The notes: a model not told the origin generated them from the letters alone. A DNA stretch of 59,782 nucleotides from Blastocatellia bacterium (GCA_046155425.1 JBJXFM010000485.1:1-59782), one strand, 5' to 3'. Shown: positions 37,060 through 48,123, numbered from the stretch's first letter. Made by a program: numbers and translations.

Positions 37060-38238
37060 ATGTCTGCCCGGGTGGTCATTCTCAGCGTCATCATCCTGTT
37101 GAGCGTCTGCGCCGCGCAGCTGCCCGTGTCTGCCCAGCAGGCCTCCGCGCCCAAACCCGCGCCGGTCGTGGGCGTGCGCAAAATCGCCCTGCCCGATCTG
37201 GCCGGCGAATGGAAAGCCGCCGGCGCCGCGCGACGCAGGGACCCGGCGCAACTCGCCGCCGCTGATCAACTGGCGGTCTGGCGGGAATACGGCGTGCTGT
37301 CGGTCACGGCGCGCGATTATGTGCGCGGAAAAGCGAAAGTCACGGTTGCGGTATACGAAACGAAATTTCCCTCGGGCGCCTATGGCCTGCACAGTTTCAA
37401 TCGCGGCGCGTTGCCCGCCGGACAGAATGAAATACAGGCCGGGCCGTTGGTGATTCGCGCCGGAGAGAGCGCGGCGGATTTGCCGGCTGCTGTCGCCGCG
37501 CAGCTCAGCGCACAGGCAGGCGCGGACGCGGCGGAACTGCCGCAATTGCCCACGCGCCTGCCGGAACAGAACAAGGTCGCCGCGAGTGAAAAATATGTGA
37601 CCGGGCCACAGGCCTTGTCGCAAATGCCACCTTTCAGCGACCTGAAGGATGTCGTTGTGTTCACCGGCGGCGCCGAAGCGGTGGCCGCGCAATACGACAA
37701 CGGCGGGGGCAAAATGGACCTGCTGGTGGTGGACTGTTACACGCCGCAGCTGGCCACGGAAAACCTCGCGCGTCTGCGTGCGCTTGTGGATGCCCTGCCG
37801 CCCGGGGAAAAGGCCGCGCGCCTGGTGCAGCGCAGTGGCAATTACCTGATCGAAGCCGTCAACGTGCGCGACAGCGCCGCCGCGAAAGCCCTGGTCGAGC
37901 AGGTCAAACCGGCGTTCAAAGTGTACTGGGAAGGCGAGCGTTACAGCTCGATCCCGCTGGACAAACGTCCGCCCGACCCGCTGGTGATCGCGGAAATCCG
38001 CCGCACGGTTTTTTTCCTGTCGTCGTCCTTTCTGCTGATGGGACTGGTGATCGCCGCCACCATCTCGATGGGCATCATGGCCGGATTTGGCTATTTTTAC
38101 TGGCGCAAATACCAGCGGCGCAAACATGGCTTTGATGACTCGTTCAGCGACGCGGGCGGGACGATCCGCCTGAATCTGGATGATCACCTGCTGACCGGCC
38201 AGCAGCGCCAGGCGCGTCTGCTGGGCAAGGGCAATTGA
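37060..38238 (+). CDS. hypothetical secreted protein with C-terminal membrane anchor
   Basis: The track ORF is trimmed to MSARVVILSVIILLSVCAAQLPVSAQ. It has a C-terminal TM helix FFLSSSFLLMGLVIAATISMGIMAGFGYFYW. No family recognised. Confidence 0.6.
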   Translation: MSARVVILSVIILLSVCAAQLPVSAQQASAPKPAPVVGVRKIALPDLAGEWKAAGAARRRDPAQLAAADQLAVWREYGVLSVTARDYVRGKAKVTVAVYETKFPSGAYGLHSFNRGALPAGQNEIQAGPLVIRAGESAADLPAAVAAQLSAQAGADAAELPQLPTRLPEQNKVAASEKYVTGPQALSQMPPFSDLKDVVVFTGGAEAVAAQYDNGGGKMDLLVVDCYTPQLATENLARLRALVDALPPGEKAARLVQRSGNYLIEAVNVRDSAAAKALVEQVKPAFKVYWEGERYSSIPLDKRPPDPLVIAEIRRTVFFLSSSFLLMGLVIAATISMGIMAGFGYFYWRKYQRRKHGFDDSFSDAGGTIRLNLDDHLLTGQQRQARLLGKGN

Positions 38239-38325
38239 TTATTCCGGCGGCCGGGCGCATAGTCGCCACACGGTTTTTTCCCGCTTGTTTCGTGAATTCA
38301 TACTGTTACCGACAGGGAGCGCACC

Positions 38326-39744
38326 ATGGAAAAGGATTTGCTCGATTCCGCATCGCCTGCCCGCCGCTGGTTTCTGCAACAGTGCGGCATGGGCATGGGT
38401 TCGCTGGCGCTGGCCTCGCTGCTGGGCGATGAAACGCGCGCGCAGGCCCCCGGCGAGGACCCGCTCGCGCCCAAAAAGACGCACTTCCCGCCGAAAATCA
38501 AAAACATCATCTATCTGTTCATGGCCGGCGGGCCCAGCCACCTCGAACTGTTCGACAACAAACCACAACTGGCGAAATTCAGCGGCACACTGCCGCCACC
38601 CGAGTTGCTGAAAGGTTATCGCGCGGCCTTCATCAATCCGAATTCGACCCTGCTCGGACCACGCTTTAAGTTCTCGAATCACGGACAGTGCGGCGCCGAG
38701 ATTTCCGAGCTGCTGCCCTATACCGCGCAGATCGCCGACGACATCACCATCGTCAAATCCATGGCCACCGACGCGTTCAATCACGCGCCCGGCCAGCTGA
38801 TGATGAACACCGGCGCGATGATTTTCGGCCGCCCGAGTTTCGGGTCCTGGGTGGTCTATGGCATGGGCAGCGAAGCGCGCGACCTGCCCGCCTTTGTCGT
38901 ATTCAGCACGGGATCCAAGGGACCCAGCGGCGGAAACAGTTGCTGGGGCAGCGGGTTTCTGCCGACTGTCTATCAGGGTGTGCAGTTCCGCAACACCGGC
39001 GACCCGGTGCTCTATCTGTCCAACCCGCGCGGCGTCGATGAAAAACTGCAGCGCGACACCCTCGACACGATCAACAAACTCAACCGCATGCGCCTCGATG
39101 TCATGGGCGATCCGGAAATCGCCACGCGCATCAATTCCTATGAAATGGCCTTCAAAATGCAGGCCAGCGCCCCCGACGCCCTCGACCTGACAAAGGAACC
39201 GAAACACATTCTGGAAATGTACGGCGCGGAACCCGGCAAGCCTTCGTTCGCCAATACCGTGCTGATGGCGCGCAAACTGGTCGAACGTGGCGTGCGTTTT
39301 GTCCAGGTGTACCACGAGGCATGGGATCAGCACGGATCGCTGACGCGCGACCTGCGCAAAAACTGTCTGGATACCGATCAGGCCTGCGCGGCGCTGGTGA
39401 AGGACCTGAAACAACGCGGGATGCTCAAGGATACGCTGGTTATCTGGGGTGGCGAATTTGGCCGCACGCCGATGGTCCAGGGCGGCGACGACGGCCGCGA
39501 TCATCATCCGAATGCCTTTACCATGTGGATGGCCGGCGGCGGATTCAAGCCGGGTCTGACCCTGGGCGAAACCGATGATCTGGGCTTCAATGCCGTCAAG
39601 GATCGCGTGCACGTGCATGACCTGCACGCGACGTTGCTGCAACAGCTGGGCTTTGATCACGAGAAACTGACATACAGGTTCCAGGGACGTGATTTCCGCC
39701 TGACCGACGTGCAGGGGCTGGTGGTGGATAAGCTGCTGGCGTGA
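38326..39744 (+). CDS. DUF1501 domain protein (sulfatase-like fold) with twin-arginine signal
   Basis: Tat-like signal [50 protein letters not shown] and DGRDHH are DUF1501 signatures. Confidence 0.85.
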   Translation: MEKDLLDSASPARRWFLQQCGMGMGSLALASLLGDETRAQAPGEDPLAPKKTHFPPKIKNIIYLFMAGGPSHLELFDNKPQLAKFSGTLPPPELLKGYRAAFINPNSTLLGPRFKFSNHGQCGAEISELLPYTAQIADDITIVKSMATDAFNHAPGQLMMNTGAMIFGRPSFGSWVVYGMGSEARDLPAFVVFSTGSKGPSGGNSCWGSGFLPTVYQGVQFRNTGDPVLYLSNPRGVDEKLQRDTLDTINKLNRMRLDVMGDPEIATRINSYEMAFKMQASAPDALDLTKEPKHILEMYGAEPGKPSFANTVLMARKLVERGVRFVQVYHEAWDQHGSLTRDLRKNCLDTDQACAALVKDLKQRGMLKDTLVIWGGEFGRTPMVQGGDDGRDHHPNAFTMWMAGGGFKPGLTLGETDDLGFNAVKDRVHVHDLHATLLQQLGFDHEKLTYRFQGRDFRLTDVQGLVVDKLLA

Positions 39745-39772
39745 CAGACACCAGAGAACGTGGAAGACACGA

Positions 39773-39826
39773 AAAACGGAGCGGGCGGAAACTGGCAGGG
39801 AATGTTTCCGCCCGTTCCGTTTTTTT
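39773..39826 (+). terminator. rho-independent terminator after the DUF1501 gene
   Basis: 20-bp stem: aaaacggagcgggcggaaac (39773-39792) with gtttccgcccgttccgtttt (39804-39823), one G-T wobble, an 11-nt loop, and a T-run extending to 39826. Confidence 0.75.
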
Positions 39827-39994
39827 CATACCTGTGGGCATTCATTTGGCTGGAAGCGGCATCAAACCCGGCGCTATCGGGTGGTTTGCCCGTTTTTCGC
39901 GCAGGCAGGGTGTCCGGGATTACGTGAAAAACGGCGAAAGTGGTAGCATGGGGTTTTCCTGAACATCTGTTTTGCAACGCTGAGACGAGGGCCT

Positions 39995-40978
39995 ATGAAA
40001 AACAGCAAACTCATTCTGACCGTTCTGTTTATCGCTGGTGTGCTGGCCATGGTCGTCATGACCACGCGGGCGCAGGAAAAGAAAACCACGATCCAGGTGG
40101 GCGCGCCAAAACATACGGATGAGCTGTCACCCGAGGAAGTCATCCGTGCGTTCACCGAAAAGGAAAGCGAGCTGCTGGAACAGTGGAAGGAATTCACTTA
40201 TAAGCAGGAAACCAAATTCCAGGTGCTGGGACCGGCCAATACAGTCTCGGGTGAGTTTTATCAATTGTCCGAGTTTATTATGAATGACGCCGGTGTACGC
40301 CAGGAGCGCATCCTGCGCGCGCCGCAATCCACGCTGGACCGTACCGGATTGCAGATGACCTCGGAGGACCGCAACGCCCTCGTCAACCTGCAACCCTTTG
40401 CGCTGACCACGCAGGATCTGCCCAATTACAGCCTGAACTATATCGGGCGGGAAAAGATCGACGACATCAACGCCTATGTGTTTGACGTCAAGCCCAAAGT
40501 GATGTCCAACACCCGCGAACTCGAGCGGATGAAAAAGCAGAAAATCGAGGGCAAGTATTTCATGGGCCGCATCTGGGTCGATGACCAGGACCTCCAGGTC
40601 GTCAAAACGGCCGGCAAGACCGTCCCGGAATTCGGCCAGCGCTTCCCCAGATTCGAAACCTATCGCGAGAACATCGAGGGCAAATACTGGTTCCCGACCT
40701 ATACCTACGCCGACGACACGCTGGATTTTGAAAAAGGCTTCAGCGTGCATGTGCGCCTGGTTGTCCGGTATAAGGAGTACAGACGGTTCCAGGGCAATGT
40801 CCGCATCGTGGGCGGCGACGAGCAGGTGGACCCGGAAGATCTGAAATTGCTGGAAGCGGAAAAGGCGAAAAAGGCCGCCGGACAAGGTGGCAATACGCCA
40901 CCACCCGCCAATCCCGCGGAGAAGGGCAAGCCCGCGGAAAAAGGCAAACCCGCGGAAAAGAAAAAGCCCGTTCAGTAG
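39995..40978 (+). CDS. hypothetical secreted protein, possibly LolA-like fold, with KPAEKG repeat tail
   Basis: Signal peptide MKNSKLILTVLFIAGVLAMVVMTTRAQ. YIGREKIDDINAYVFDVKPK...GRIWVDDQDLQVVK is reminiscent of LolA-like/lipoprotein-sorting-like domains (tentative). The tail is PAEKGKPAEKGKPAEKKKP. Confidence 0.65.
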   Translation: MKNSKLILTVLFIAGVLAMVVMTTRAQEKKTTIQVGAPKHTDELSPEEVIRAFTEKESELLEQWKEFTYKQETKFQVLGPANTVSGEFYQLSEFIMNDAGVRQERILRAPQSTLDRTGLQMTSEDRNALVNLQPFALTTQDLPNYSLNYIGREKIDDINAYVFDVKPKVMSNTRELERMKKQKIEGKYFMGRIWVDDQDLQVVKTAGKTVPEFGQRFPRFETYRENIEGKYWFPTYTYADDTLDFEKGFSVHVRLVVRYKEYRRFQGNVRIVGGDEQVDPEDLKLLEAEKAKKAAGQGGNTPPPANPAEKGKPAEKGKPAEKKKPVQ

Positions 40979-43392
40979 GCGGTTTCCGCCGGGCGCTTTT
41001 TCCCGCCACGCCAATCAGACACAAACAACAGCAGCAGGATCACTCCTGCTGCTGTTGTCGTTTGCAGGCCGGTTCTCAAAAACGGCGGTTCGTAATAAAA
41101 CTCGATCAGGTGTTCTCCGCGCGGCGCGACAACGCCCGATAACAGGTAATCGACCTGAAAGACTTCGGTTTTTACTCCATCCACGCGCGCCTGCCAGCCC
41201 GGCCAGGCGATTTCACTCAAGACCAGCAATGACACATGTGACGCGGTCACGCGGGCCGACAACGAACCCGGCGCGTGGCGTGACAACGTGACCTCGCCGG
41301 TCCGCGCTTCAGTCTGCGCTGCGGCCGCGCCCTGCACGGCCAGCGCCTGGCTGATGCGCGTCGCCGCCGCGGGTTCGGCCAGCGCGTGGCGGCGCGGATC
41401 AAAACGCTGTCCATCCGGACCAGGCAATGCGCCACGAATCATTTTCAGCTGATCGCCCTGCCACGCCGGCGCGACATGGTTCACCAGCCAGGCGCGCGGC
41501 AGGCGGCGCTGGTTTTCATACACATGATGTTCCTGATAAGCCGGCAGCGGGCTTTGCCGCGCCACCCTGCGCCAGCGCGCGGGCGCGGTGGCCAGCGCAA
41601 AATCGTGCGGGACCAACGCATATCGCACGCTCAGCAAATCCAGCGTCTGATCGGCTTCGCCAAGGGTTTCGGGCAAATATGTATGCCCGGCCTCGTCGAT
41701 GCCGCTGAAGGTTTTGTACGCCGCGCTGAGCAACGGGTCATACCCCGGCGCCATTTCGAAACCCGCGAACCAGTCAGGGCGAAACCAGCCCGTGTTCTTG
41801 TTCGTGGCGAAATGAAACCGCCACGGCGCCGCATCGCCTGCCGCCGGTTTCAGCTCCGCCGGAAAGGCCTGCCCCGTTTCCGCCGCCGCCGTCATCGCGC
41901 TGTTGATCGGCGCGAAATACGCGTAGTGCAGAAAATCAAACAGCAGAAACACGGGGATCAGCATGCCGCCGCGCGCGCGATGTCCGTGCGTGAAATCCCA
42001 TACACACAGGCAGGCGGCCAGCGCCAGCGCCACGGGCATGACAAACTCAGCCGATGGCGTATGCCGCAGCGCAAACAATGTGCAAAACAAAGTGATGGCC
42101 ACGATGCTCGCGCGCAGCCGGCGTTTCATCAGGCCGAGCGCCTGTTCGTTCTGTTCCGTCAGAAAGCGCTCGACGGCATAACCCGCCAGGACGGCGACGC
42201 CGAGGGTGACTTCCATCCAGTGCCGGTTCGGGCTGCGGAACTGACCGAGCAGGGGGATGTGATACGACGCGGCGGCCAGCGGCGGCACGAATTTTCCGAG
42301 GGACAACAAGGCGCCCGCGATCACGGCACAGGCCCAGAAAAAGCCGGGCCGCCAGCGCGCGCGCCACGCCGTCAGCGCCCCGGTCAGCGCGAGCGCGAGG
42401 GTCAGGGCCCCGAGATAAATCTGGGCTTCGTTGTGATGCCAGTAATCGGCCTGAAAGGGTACCTGATAGGGTAATGGATAAATGCCGCGCCCGCCGCCGT
42501 GCATAAACGGAAACAGCGCGCCCGCCAGCGACAACGGATGCAGCGAATGCGCCGTGAACATTTCATACGTCCATGTCTCGCGCACCGATTGCCGTGTGAA
42601 GGCAATGGCCGGAAACATCTGCACGGCGGACAGCGCGGCGCCGAGGGCATACAACAAGGCGCATTGCGTCAGAAAGCGAAGGCGGGAAAAAGGGCTGCCG
42701 GCGGGCGTAAATGCGCGGAACAGGGCATACGCGGCGGCGAGCAGCGCGGCATACAAAAACGGCTGCGGATGCCCGGCGCACAATTGCCATGCGACAACCA
42801 GCGCGCCGCAAATGACCTCGCGCCAGCGCCATCTGTTTTTGTCCGGCGCGTCCCGCCACAGCCGTTCGATGCACAACAGCGGCAGCGGCGCCAGCGCGTA
42901 AATGTGCAGCAGGCCCGGGTAAATCGTCCGCGCCACGGGAAAACCGCTCAGGCCATACACCAGCGCGGTGACCACACCGGCGCGCCGCCGCCCGCCCAGC
43001 GCGCGCGCATACGCGTAGGCCGCGAGCAGGGCCACGGCGAAAGCTGCTTCCTGCGCGAAGGTCAGCGTGCGCAACCCGCCGCCCGATAAAAACAGCCAGT
43101 TGAAAGGATCCAGCGCGCCGGCCTGCAACTGCGCGAACAGTGGCATGCCGCCGTACATCCACGGATTCCACAGGGGTAAGCCGCCCGCGCGGATTTGCGT
43201 GGCGACGAGGTTGTACAGGGGCAGGAACCAGAACACGGCGTCCTGATCGCCAAGGGCAAGCAAACCCAGCGTCTCGCGCCAGAAAAAACACAGTGGCGTC
43301 AGCGCAAGGAACAGGATGGTCAGCAGATTTTTCCGGCGCGGGGAAAGGCGGGCGAAAGGCGGGCGCGGGGCTGACAAATGTTCACTGGGCAT
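40972..43392 (-). CDS. YfhO-like polytopic membrane protein (putative glycosyltransferase family)
   Basis: 806 aa with more than 10 hydrophobic helices, then a soluble C-terminal domain. The N-terminal pattern (FWFLPLYNLVATQIRAGGLPLWNPWMYGGMPLFA) resembles YfhO. Confidence 0.6.
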   Translation of the reverse strand: MPSEHLSAPRPPFARLSPRRKNLLTILFLALTPLCFFWRETLGLLALGDQDAVFWFLPLYNLVATQIRAGGLPLWNPWMYGGMPLFAQLQAGALDPFNWLFLSGGGLRTLTFAQEAAFAVALLAAYAYARALGGRRRAGVVTALVYGLSGFPVARTIYPGLLHIYALAPLPLLCIERLWRDAPDKNRWRWREVICGALVVAWQLCAGHPQPFLYAALLAAAYALFRAFTPAGSPFSRLRFLTQCALLYALGAALSAVQMFPAIAFTRQSVRETWTYEMFTAHSLHPLSLAGALFPFMHGGGRGIYPLPYQVPFQADYWHHNEAQIYLGALTLALALTGALTAWRARWRPGFFWACAVIAGALLSLGKFVPPLAAASYHIPLLGQFRSPNRHWMEVTLGVAVLAGYAVERFLTEQNEQALGLMKRRLRASIVAITLFCTLFALRHTPSAEFVMPVALALAACLCVWDFTHGHRARGGMLIPVFLLFDFLHYAYFAPINSAMTAAAETGQAFPAELKPAAGDAAPWRFHFATNKNTGWFRPDWFAGFEMAPGYDPLLSAAYKTFSGIDEAGHTYLPETLGEADQTLDLLSVRYALVPHDFALATAPARWRRVARQSPLPAYQEHHVYENQRRLPRAWLVNHVAPAWQGDQLKMIRGALPGPDGQRFDPRRHALAEPAAATRISQALAVQGAAAAQTEARTGEVTLSRHAPGSLSARVTASHVSLLVLSEIAWPGWQARVDGVKTEVFQVDYLLSGVVAPRGEHLIEFYYEPPFLRTGLQTTTAAGVILLLLFVSDWRGGKKRPAETAY

Positions 43393-43404
43393 GCCGCGAT
43401 CATG

Positions 43405-44076
43405 TCACGAACCCAGGTCGTCGAACAGCGTCCGCGCGGGCAGGACGCCGCGAAAACTCAGCCGGTGGATGGCCGTCGGACCATTTTCGCGCAGCGCCTG
43501 GAGGTGCACGGCCGCGCCATAGCCAACATTGCTGCCGAAGCCGTATTGCGGCCATGCTTCCGCGTATTCCCGCATCCAGCTGTCGCGGGCGACCTTGGCG
43601 ATGATCGAGGCGGCGGCGATCGAGACCGATTGCGCGTCGCCGCGAATGATCGGTTGTTGCGTGACGGCGAGGCCTTCCAGCCGGACCGCGTCGATCAAGA
43701 GGTGATCCGGCGCGGGGCTGAGCTGGGCGATGGCCTGCCGCATGGCCTTTTTGGTGGCGGCGAGAATGTTGATGCGGTCGATTTCATCCGCCTCGACGCG
43801 GGCGATGGCCCAGGTCAGGGCGGTCGCCTGAATTTCGACGGACAGGCGTTCGCGCACGGCGCGCGGCAGTTGTTTGGAATCGTTGAGACCCGCAGGGATG
43901 CGCGCGGGATCGAGTATCACGGCGGCGGCGACCACGGGACCGGCCAGCGCGCCACGGCCGACTTCATCGACACCGGCGATGTATTGCGCGCCGACCACGC
44001 GGGCCAGTTGCTCGAACTGATCCGTGCAGCTGATTTCAACGTGGGAAATCCTGTCTGTGGATGACCGCCTGGGCAT
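43405..44076 (-). CDS. rnhB: ribonuclease HII
   Basis: IAGVDEVGRGALAGPVVAAAV...DSKQL...IIAKVARD are RNase HII motifs. The start is trimmed to the ATG at 44076; the longer track ORF is probably an extension. Confidence 0.9.
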   Translation of the reverse strand: MPRRSSTDRISHVEISCTDQFEQLARVVGAQYIAGVDEVGRGALAGPVVAAAVILDPARIPAGLNDSKQLPRAVRERLSVEIQATALTWAIARVEADEIDRINILAATKKAMRQAIAQLSPAPDHLLIDAVRLEGLAVTQQPIIRGDAQSVSIAAASIIAKVARDSWMREYAEAWPQYGFGSNVGYGAAVHLQALRENGPTAIHRLSFRGVLPARTLFDDLGS

Positions 44077-44196
44077 GAAGAAGATGTGCGCCGGCGGGCG
44101 CGGGAAGGGAACACGGCAGCGCGCGAACCAGCATGGAACTGGTTCGCGCGCTGTGTCTGACAATCCGGCGGCTGCGCGGTTTGTTGGCCGCGCGGT

Positions 44197-44565
44197 TTAG
44201 TGTTTGGCCGCGTGTGTGCGTGTGTCGCGTTCGCGGATGCGCGCTGCCTTGCCGCGCAGCTCGCGCAGGAAATACAGCTTGGCGCGGCGGACACGGCCGC
44301 GTTTGACCACGTCGATATGATCGACAATGGTCGCGTGCAGCGGAAAGATGCGCTCGACGCCGATGCCGAACGAAGTCTTGCGGACGGTGATCGATTCGGC
44401 GATGCCGTGACCGCGCCGCGCAATGACGACGCCTTCAAAGGCCTGGAGGCGTTCCTTGTTTTCGCCTTCCTTGATGCGGACATGCACGCGCACCGTGTCG
44501 CCGGGAATGAAATCGGGAATGGCCTGGCGCAGCCCGGCGTTATTGACAAAATCAAGAGAATTCAT
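44197..44565 (-). CDS. rplS: 50S ribosomal protein L19
   Basis: The start is trimmed to MNSLDFVNN at 44565 (GAGG upstream). [37 protein letters not shown] is the L19 core. Confidence 0.95.
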   Translation of the reverse strand: MNSLDFVNNAGLRQAIPDFIPGDTVRVHVRIKEGENKERLQAFEGVVIARRGHGIAESITVRKTSFGIGVERIFPLHATIVDHIDVVKRGRVRRAKLYFLRELRGKAARIRERDTRTHAAKH

Positions 44566-44593
44566 TGTGATACCTCGGTCTGTTGGGATTTGG

Positions 44594-45364
44594 TTACTCG
44601 TTTTCGGCGCCCGTTGTGCTGGTGTTTTGTTCCGCCAGCCAGCGCCGTTCTTTATCATTGAGGGCGGCCTGGTCGAGCAGTTCCGGCCGCGCCTGCCATG
44701 TCTTAAGCAGAGCCATCTGTCTTCGCCACGCCGCAATGCGGGCGTGGTGACCGCTTAATAAAACCTCGGGCACGGGCCATCCGCGAAATTCCGCCGGACG
44801 CGTGTAATGCGGGCAATCCAGCAATCCGTCCGAAAAGGAATCATGATCGGCGGATGTTTCGCTGCCCAGCACGCCGGGCAATAAACGGGAAATCGCGTCC
44901 ACCAGAATCATGGCCGGAATCTCACCGCCGGTCAGCACATAATCGCCAATCGAAATCTCGTCGGTGATCAGGTGTTGCACGACGCGTTCATCCACACCCT
45001 CGTAACGGCCGCAGATCATGATCATCCGCGCGCATTCCGCCGCCATCCGCGCCGCGTCGTCCTGCCGGAACAGACGCCCCTGCGGCGAGAGCAAAACCAC
45101 CGCCGTGCGTTTGTCCGCCGTTTGCCGGTCAGCGTTCGCCAGCAATGTCTCGACGGCGGCGAACACCGGTTCGGGTTTCAGGACCATGCCATCGCCGCCC
45201 CCGAAAGGACGGTCATCCACGACCTGATGTTTATCGTTTGTGAAAGAGCGCAGGTCGTGAATCGTGATGTCAATCAACTGCTGCTGCCGCGCGCGCTGGA
45301 TCATCCCGAAATCGAACGGCCCCGTGAAAAATTCCGGGAAAATGGTCAGGATGTCGAAACGCAT
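44594..45364 (-). CDS. trmD: tRNA (guanine37-N1)-methyltransferase TrmD
   Basis: [13 protein letters not shown]...[17 protein letters not shown]...[12 protein letters not shown] are TrmD signatures. Confidence 0.95.
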   Translation of the reverse strand: MRFDILTIFPEFFTGPFDFGMIQRARQQQLIDITIHDLRSFTNDKHQVVDDRPFGGGDGMVLKPEPVFAAVETLLANADRQTADKRTAVVLLSPQGRLFRQDDAARMAAECARMIMICGRYEGVDERVVQHLITDEISIGDYVLTGGEIPAMILVDAISRLLPGVLGSETSADHDSFSDGLLDCPHYTRPAEFRGWPVPEVLLSGHHARIAAWRRQMALLKTWQARPELLDQAALNDKERRWLAEQNTSTTGAENE

Positions 45365-45516
45365 ATGGCATACAGGATATAGGGATCAGGGGTTAGGATT
45401 CAGGGGTGATACTTTTCAAACACGGATTCTCACGCCGGATTGTCAGTTGATTTTAAAGAACCTGCTGCAACCACTATCCCAGGCCTGAACCCTGGTCCCT
45501 AAATCCTGAATCCTTC
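45365..45516 (-). other. 152-nt AT-richer spacer with complementary segments between rimM and trmD
   Basis: tagggatcagggg (45380-45392) is complementary to ccctggtcccta (45490-45501) with one extra base and one mismatch. ggattcagg (45397-45405) is exactly complementary to cctgaatcc (45505-45513). There is no ORF. Confidence 0.5.
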
Positions 45517-46065
45517 CTACAAATCCAGCAGCCCTTCCGGCGGATCGATGACGATGCGTTTGCCGGTGGTGTCAACCTCAGGGCAGATCGCGCGGGTCAG
45601 CGGGACAAGGTATTCGCGGTGCGGCTCCTTGCCGGTGTCGCTGATTTCGAGCAATGGGGCCGCGCCATAATGCCGCACGGCGCTGACTGTGCCCACCCGT
45701 GTTCCGTGACTGTCAAAAACCTCGCACCCGATCAGTTCAAATTCGTACCAGGTGTCCCCGGGCAGCTTTGTCAGTTGCGAGCGGGGGACGACGAGGCGTG
45801 CGTCGCGCAGTTTCTCGACGGATTCCACCGTGTCGTGGCCGGCGAATTTCAGAATGGCGCGCCCCTTGTGCACCCGGCCCTGCTGCAATTCCAGCGCACA
45901 GGGAAAACCGTTGGCCAGCAGGATCTGGATCGTGCGCCGCGCGGCAAAACGCTCGGGGAAATCGGTCAGCAGGTCGGCGACAACCTCGCCGCGGACGCCG
46001 TGCGGACGCGCGACGCGGGCGATGGTAATCAGCTCTTCATGCGCCGGATCGTTTTCACCGCTCAT
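45517..46065 (-). CDS. rimM: 16S rRNA processing protein RimM
   Basis: ITIARVARPHGVRGEVVADLLTDFPERF and a C-terminal PRC-barrel-like region. Confidence 0.9.
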   Translation of the reverse strand: MSGENDPAHEELITIARVARPHGVRGEVVADLLTDFPERFAARRTIQILLANGFPCALELQQGRVHKGRAILKFAGHDTVESVEKLRDARLVVPRSQLTKLPGDTWYEFELIGCEVFDSHGTRVGTVSAVRHYGAAPLLEISDTGKEPHREYLVPLTRAICPEVDTTGKRIVIDPPEGLLDL

Positions 46066-46076
46066 CGCCGGCCGTT

Positions 46077-46307
46077 TTACTCGAGAATGTCGAGGACATA
46101 GCGTTTTTTCAGCTTCAGGCCCGACGCGTTGAGCATGGTGCGAATGGCGCGCGCGGTGCGGCCCTGGCGTCCGATGACCTTGCCCAGATCACCGTCGGCG
46201 ACACGCAGTTCCAGCGTGGTCGCCTGTGATCCCTCGATTTCGCGGACCTTCACCTCTTCGGGGTTATCGACCAGCGAACGGGCAATGAGTTCGATCAGTT
46301 CCTTCAT
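46077..46307 (-). CDS. KH domain RNA-binding protein (YlqC/UPF0109 type)
   Basis: 76 aa. [10 protein letters not shown]...[18 protein letters not shown] (GxxG KH motif), in the conserved position between rpsP and rimM. Confidence 0.85.
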   Translation of the reverse strand: MKELIELIARSLVDNPEEVKVREIEGSQATTLELRVADGDLGKVIGRQGRTARAIRTMLNASGLKLKKRYVLDILE

Positions 46308-46375
46308 GTGAACCTCTGCAATGGGGCATTAACAGGGATACGGCGCCGGCGCGGAGACCGGCGCGAAAGTCTGAC

Positions 46376-46624
46376 CTAGCCCTGCGCCTGCTGGCCGAAT
46401 TTGCGGATCAGGCTGCGCACGGTTTCCGTGGGCTGCGCGCCTTTGGACAGCCAGTAATCGATGCGGTCCTGGCGCAGTTTGATTTCCGCCGGCTGGCGGA
46501 GCGGGTTGTAGGTCCCGACGATTTCGACAAAACGGCCGTCGCGGCGCGCTTCCTTATCGGCGACCACAACACGATAAAACGGCTGTTTCTTGGCTCCCTT
46601 GCGGGTCAGTCTGATGGCTAACAA
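46376..46624 (-). CDS. rpsP: 30S ribosomal protein S16
   Basis: (M)[41 protein letters not shown] prefer the TTG at 46624 (GGAG 9 nt upstream), which gives the canonical N-terminus, over the track's GTG at 46633. Confidence 0.9.
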   Translation of the reverse strand: MLAIRLTRKGAKKQPFYRVVVADKEARRDGRFVEIVGTYNPLRQPAEIKLRQDRIDYWLSKGAQPTETVRSLIRKFGQQAQG

Positions 46625-46698
46625 AGCGAACACCTCCGGTGATCTGCGTCCGGCACGGAACCGGGCACGGGTGATCCGCGCCAGGCCGTGCGTGACAA

Positions 46699-48123
46699 TT
46701 AACGTTTCTTCTTCTTTTTGGCTTTCTTTTTCGCCCCGATGCCGGTGATTTTGCGAGCGACCTTGCCACCAAGGTTGCCGAGCATGCCGCCACCGAACAT
46801 CTGGCCGTTCATCATCATATTCATCATCTTTTTCATCTCGACATACTGATTGAGCATGGCGTTGACATCCTGCACTTTCGTGCCGCTGCCACGCGCGATG
46901 CGCTGTTTGCGGGATGAATTGATGATCAGATGGTTGTGGCGCTCGGCCGGCGTCATCGAATTGATGATCGCCACCGTGCGCTTCATTTCCTTTTCCATCT
47001 GCGCCGTCATTTCCGGCGTGACTTTGGGCATCATGCCCCCGAACATATCCCCGGGGAGCATGCTCAGCACGCTGTCCAGGGAACCCAGCTTTTTCATCTG
47101 GCCGAGCTGATCGCGGAAATCCTCGAGCGTGAACTCGTTGTTCACGATCTTGCGTTCCAGTTCCTCGGCCTTGTCCTCGTCGATTTCCTCGCGCGCCTTA
47201 TCGATCAGCGTCAGCACATCGCCCATGCCGAGAATGCGCGAGACGATGCGGTCGGGAATAAAGGCCTCGAATGTGTCGTTTTCCCAGTATTTCTCCCCCG
47301 TCCCGACAAACTTGATCGGCTGCCCCGTGACTTCCTTGATCGACAGCGCCGCGCCGCCGCGTGTGTCGCCATCCATCTTGGTAAGGATGACGCCGGTGAC
47401 CGCGATCTGGTCGTGAAACTGTTTCGCGCTGTTGACGGCGTCCTGCCCGGTCATCGAGTCGGCGACGAACAGCGTTTCGATGGGCTGCATCTCGGCCCTG
47501 ATCCGCTGCAGCTCGTTCATCAGCTGTTCATCGACATGCAGGCGGCCGGCGGTGTCGATCATCAGCGTATCGAACCCCGTCTGCTCGCAATGCAGCCGCG
47601 CCGCGCGGCACAGTTCCAGTGGATCGTTCAGCCCCCCGCCCGCGAAAACCGGTATGTGCAGCTGTTTGCCGATCACCGCCAGCGGCTCGCGCGCCGCCGG
47701 ACGATACACGTCCACCGACAGCAGCAACGGATTGCGGTTCTGGTTTTTCTGCAGCCAGCGCGCCAGTTTACCGGTTGATGTCGTTTTGCCCGACCCCTGC
47801 AAACCCACGACCATCACGCTGTTGGGACGCCGCGAAGTGAACAGCAAACGGCTGGATGTGCCCCCGAGCATCTCGACCATTTCCTCGCGGACAATCTGGA
47901 CAACCTGTTGTCCGGGCGAGAGCTGCTGCCATACGTCCTGGCCGAGCGCTTTGGTTTTGACGCGCTCGATGAAATCCTTCACGACACGGAAATTGACATC
48001 GGCCTCGAGCAGCGCGATGCGAATTTCGCGCATGGCCAGATCAAGGTGTTCCGGCGACAGACGGCTTTCGCCCCGCAGGTCCTTGACGACTTTCTTTAAT
48101 TTGTCGGAAAGGGATTCGAACAT
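46699..48123 (-). CDS. ffh: signal recognition particle protein Ffh
   Basis: [18 protein letters not shown]..., GTPase motifs [21 protein letters not shown] and TKMDGD, and a Met-rich M domain. Confidence 0.95.
   Translation of the reverse strand: MFESLSDKLKKVVKDLRGESRLSPEHLDLAMREIRIALLEADVNFRVVKDFIERVKTKALGQDVWQQLSPGQQVVQIVREEMVEMLGGTSSRLLFTSRRPNSVMVVGLQGSGKTTSTGKLARWLQKNQNRNPLLLSVDVYRPAAREPLAVIGKQLHIPVFAGGGLNDPLELCRAARLHCEQTGFDTLMIDTAGRLHVDEQLMNELQRIRAEMQPIETLFVADSMTGQDAVNSAKQFHDQIAVTGVILTKMDGDTRGGAALSIKEVTGQPIKFVGTGEKYWENDTFEAFIPDRIVSRILGMGDVLTLIDKAREEIDEDKAEELERKIVNNEFTLEDFRDQLGQMKKLGSLDSVLSMLPGDMFGGMMPKVTPEMTAQMEKEMKRTVAIINSMTPAERHNHLIINSSRKQRIARGSGTKVQDVNAMLNQYVEMKKMMNMMMNGQMFGGGMLGNLGGKVARKITGIGAKKKAKKKKKR

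Noticed and set aside
36817-39660. 456-aa (36817-38187) and 473-aa (38239-39660) minus-strand ORFs
   Set aside because: They are antisense to a signal-peptide protein and to the DUF1501 gene (Tat signal plus family motifs). Their translations are Arg/Gly/Ala-rich without motifs.
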